A DNA stretch of 64,000 nucleotides, taken from IMG/VR virus record IMGVR_UViG_3300032116_021735; one strand, 5' to 3'. The notes under the pieces are model-generated. The model ran no database searches. It was not told the DNA's origin and saw only the letters and a program-made list of their open reading frames with translations. The translations under genes were made by a program, and so were the position numbers. Shown here piece after piece: positions 62,459 to 64,000 of the stretch (the stretch's first letter is position 1; each line of letters starts with the position of its first letter). The DNA is from an uncultured virus (IMG/VR IMGVR_UViG_3300032116_021735) (Duplodnaviria; Heunggongvirae; Uroviricota; Caudoviricetes).

Positions 62459-62721
62459 CTTTGAATAAAGCTTCTAATTTTTTGATAAATATTTTTTTCT
62501 ATTTGACAAATTCTCATTCTCGTCAGGCCGTAGATCTTCCCAATCTCGTTTAGGGTTAAAGGTCCGGCCTGACTCGTTATTAAAATACAATTTTTACCTT
62601 TTGGGAAATCTATCCACTGTTTACAAGATTTTCTCTCACATTTGCAAGAGCTTTTTTCTACAGCATCATAGCATTTTTCTTTCACTACATTTAACTTTAT
62701 TTTTTCTTGATTGTTGCTCAT
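62455..62721 (-). CDS. Stand-alone sigma70 region-4 HTH protein with Cys-rich N-terminus
   Basis: PLTLNEIGKIYGLTRMRICQIEKN matches region 4.2 consensus TLEEVGxxFxVTRERIRQIE; five Cys upstream of the HTH. Confidence 0.8.
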   Translation of the reverse strand: MSNNQEKIKLNVVKEKCYDAVEKSSCKCERKSCKQWIDFPKGKNCILITSQAGPLTLNEIGKIYGLTRMRICQIEKNIYQKIRSFIQS

Positions 62722-62781
62722 AGATCTGTGTAAGATAATTTAGCAAGGAATGATTTTTGTATAAGTCATCTTCTAATACAC

Positions 62782-64000
62782 ATGAAAAAAACTTACATAC
62801 TCGACACAAACGTCCTCCTCAGCGATCCAAACTGCTTCAATAACTTTCAAGACAATGATGTGATCCTTCCGATCCTTGTCTTGGAAGAACTTGACAAACA
62901 TAAAGGCAGGTCAGATGAGGTAGGACGAACCGCTCGAGAGGTCAACAGGATCCTCGATAAGATTAGTGAATCAGGTTCTCTAAAAGAAGGTGTCTCTCTA
63001 CCTTCCGGAGGAATTCTTAGAGTGATGTCCTCACCGACTGGATACAACGCACTTCTCCCGCCCGAGCTTGTTGTTGGATCTTCGGTAGACAATATGATCA
63101 TTGGATTCGTCCTGATGCTTCAGCGGGAAGTTCCTGAAGCAATCCTCGTTTCCAAGGACATCAACGTCCGTGTTAAGTGCTCTTCTCTAGGCATCGAGGC
63201 TCAGGACTATCTGTCTAACAGAGCCACTGATTCTGCAGAGCATCTCTACACAGGCGTGAAAGTATTCGTGGTTCCTTACGATGTCGTAGAGATGTTCTAC
63301 GCAAGAGACTCTATCCACATGGACAACGTAACCACGGAGAAACTGTATCCCAATCAGATACTCGTCATCAAGTCAGTTGATTCCGAAGGTAACACTCTCA
63401 AGTCTGCGATCTGTAGGGTCAAGGGAGACATGCTCCACCACCTCAGAAAAATCGATCAAGTCTTTGGTGTGAAACCACGTAACAAAGAACAGACATTTTC
63501 TATCGAACTCCTGATGGATCCCAGTGTCAAACTGGTGACACTCACCGGCAAGGCGGGCTGTGGAAAGACTCTCATCGCCATTGCGGCAGGATTGGAGCAA
63601 CTCGAGGCAATGGGAAACGATGGACCATACCAGAAGCTTATCGTTTCTCGACCAGTTCAACCAGTAGGACGAGACATCGGCTTCCTGCCCGGCACTCTTG
63701 CTGAGAAGATGGAACCATGGATTGCTCCCATCAGGGACAACCTCGAGTACCTCCTCAGCAGCAAGTCTGGTAAGAAGGGAAACAGCCGTAGCAAGAAGCG
63801 GATGGATGAACTCGCAGGCGGCAGTGGAACATCAGGTCTCAGCAAGGATCCTTTCCTCGAGTTAATGCAATCGAAGGGCCTCATCGAGGTGGAGGCGATC
63901 ACCTTCATCCGCGGCCGCTCAATCCCCAACGCATTCATCATCATCGACGAGGCGCAGAACCTCTCGATGCACGAGTTAAAAACCATCGTGACTCGTGCTG
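62782..64000 (+). CDS. phoH: PIN-PhoH fusion protein (PhoH2-type), truncated by the window edge
   Basis: Not in the ORF track. ATG 62782 reads MKKTYILDTNVLLSDP..VLEELDKHK..DN..LVSKDINVRVK (PIN), then PRNKEQ, GKAGCGKT, SRP, IGFLPG, RGRSI, IIDEAQN. Confidence 0.93.
   Translation, partial: MKKTYILDTNVLLSDPNCFNNFQDNDVILPILVLEELDKHKGRSDEVGRTAREVNRILDKISESGSLKEGVSLPSGGILRVMSSPTGYNALLPPELVVGSSVDNMIIGFVLMLQREVPEAILVSKDINVRVKCSSLGIEAQDYLSNRATDSAEHLYTGVKVFVVPYDVVEMFYARDSIHMDNVTTEKLYPNQILVIKSVDSEGNTLKSAICRVKGDMLHHLRKIDQVFGVKPRNKEQTFSIELLMDPSVKLVTLTGKAGCGKTLIAIAAGLEQLEAMGNDGPYQKLIVSRPVQPVGRDIGFLPGTLAEKMEPWIAPIRDNLEYLLSSKSGKKGNSRSKKRMDELAGGSGTSGLSKDPFLELMQSKGLIEVEAITFIRGRSIPNAFIIIDEAQNLSMHELKTIVTRA

Noticed and set aside
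62847..63986. Minus-strand ORFs of 84, 95 and 109 aa
   Set aside because: Antisense to the PIN-PhoH gene, which has all expected motifs on the plus strand.
18013..64000. Eukaryotic giant virus (NCLDV) origin suggested by collagen repeats and the glycan pathway
   Set aside because: gp6/gp25 baseplate genes, sigma-type proteins, SD sequences and overlapping operonic genes indicate a bacteriophage.

Overview
This 64 kb window is from a large contractile-tailed (myovirus-type) bacteriophage, probably a jumbo phage; host unknown; standard genetic code. Positions 1-56.96 kb form one minus-strand block. It holds two giant modular tail-fibre genes (one truncated at the left edge and missing from the ORF track), three tandem LamG adhesin paralogues, five peripheral baseplate/tail proteins, gp6-like, gp25-like and spike/hub-like genes, and a gp55-like sigma factor. 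It ends in a ~23 kb all-soluble glycosylation cluster: about 10 glycosyltransferases, 4 methyltransferases, RmlA/RmlB plus an NRS/ER-type epimerase-reductase, Gmd, a UDP-sugar dehydrogenase, NeuB/NeuA, and an embedded Cas4-like nuclease. From 57 kb most genes are on the plus strand: a degenerate GroEL-like protein, ClpP, a DinG-like helicase, an Hc1-like protein and a truncated PIN-PhoH; a stand-alone sigma region-4 gene lies on the minus strand. Three signals stand out. (1) The palindromic trinucleotide GWC (GAC/GTC) is almost absent from kb-long tracts (1 site in ~4.2 kb by manual count) but abundant in the backbone, which suggests an unknown GWC-directed DNA modification or restriction and marks recombined fibre modules. 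(2) An autonomous glycan pathway sits beside outer virion proteins enriched in a [S/T]-G-S motif, a candidate virion-glycosylation system. (3) The sigma factor appears split into separate region-2 and region-4 genes. All function calls come from motif recognition by eye; no database searches were run.
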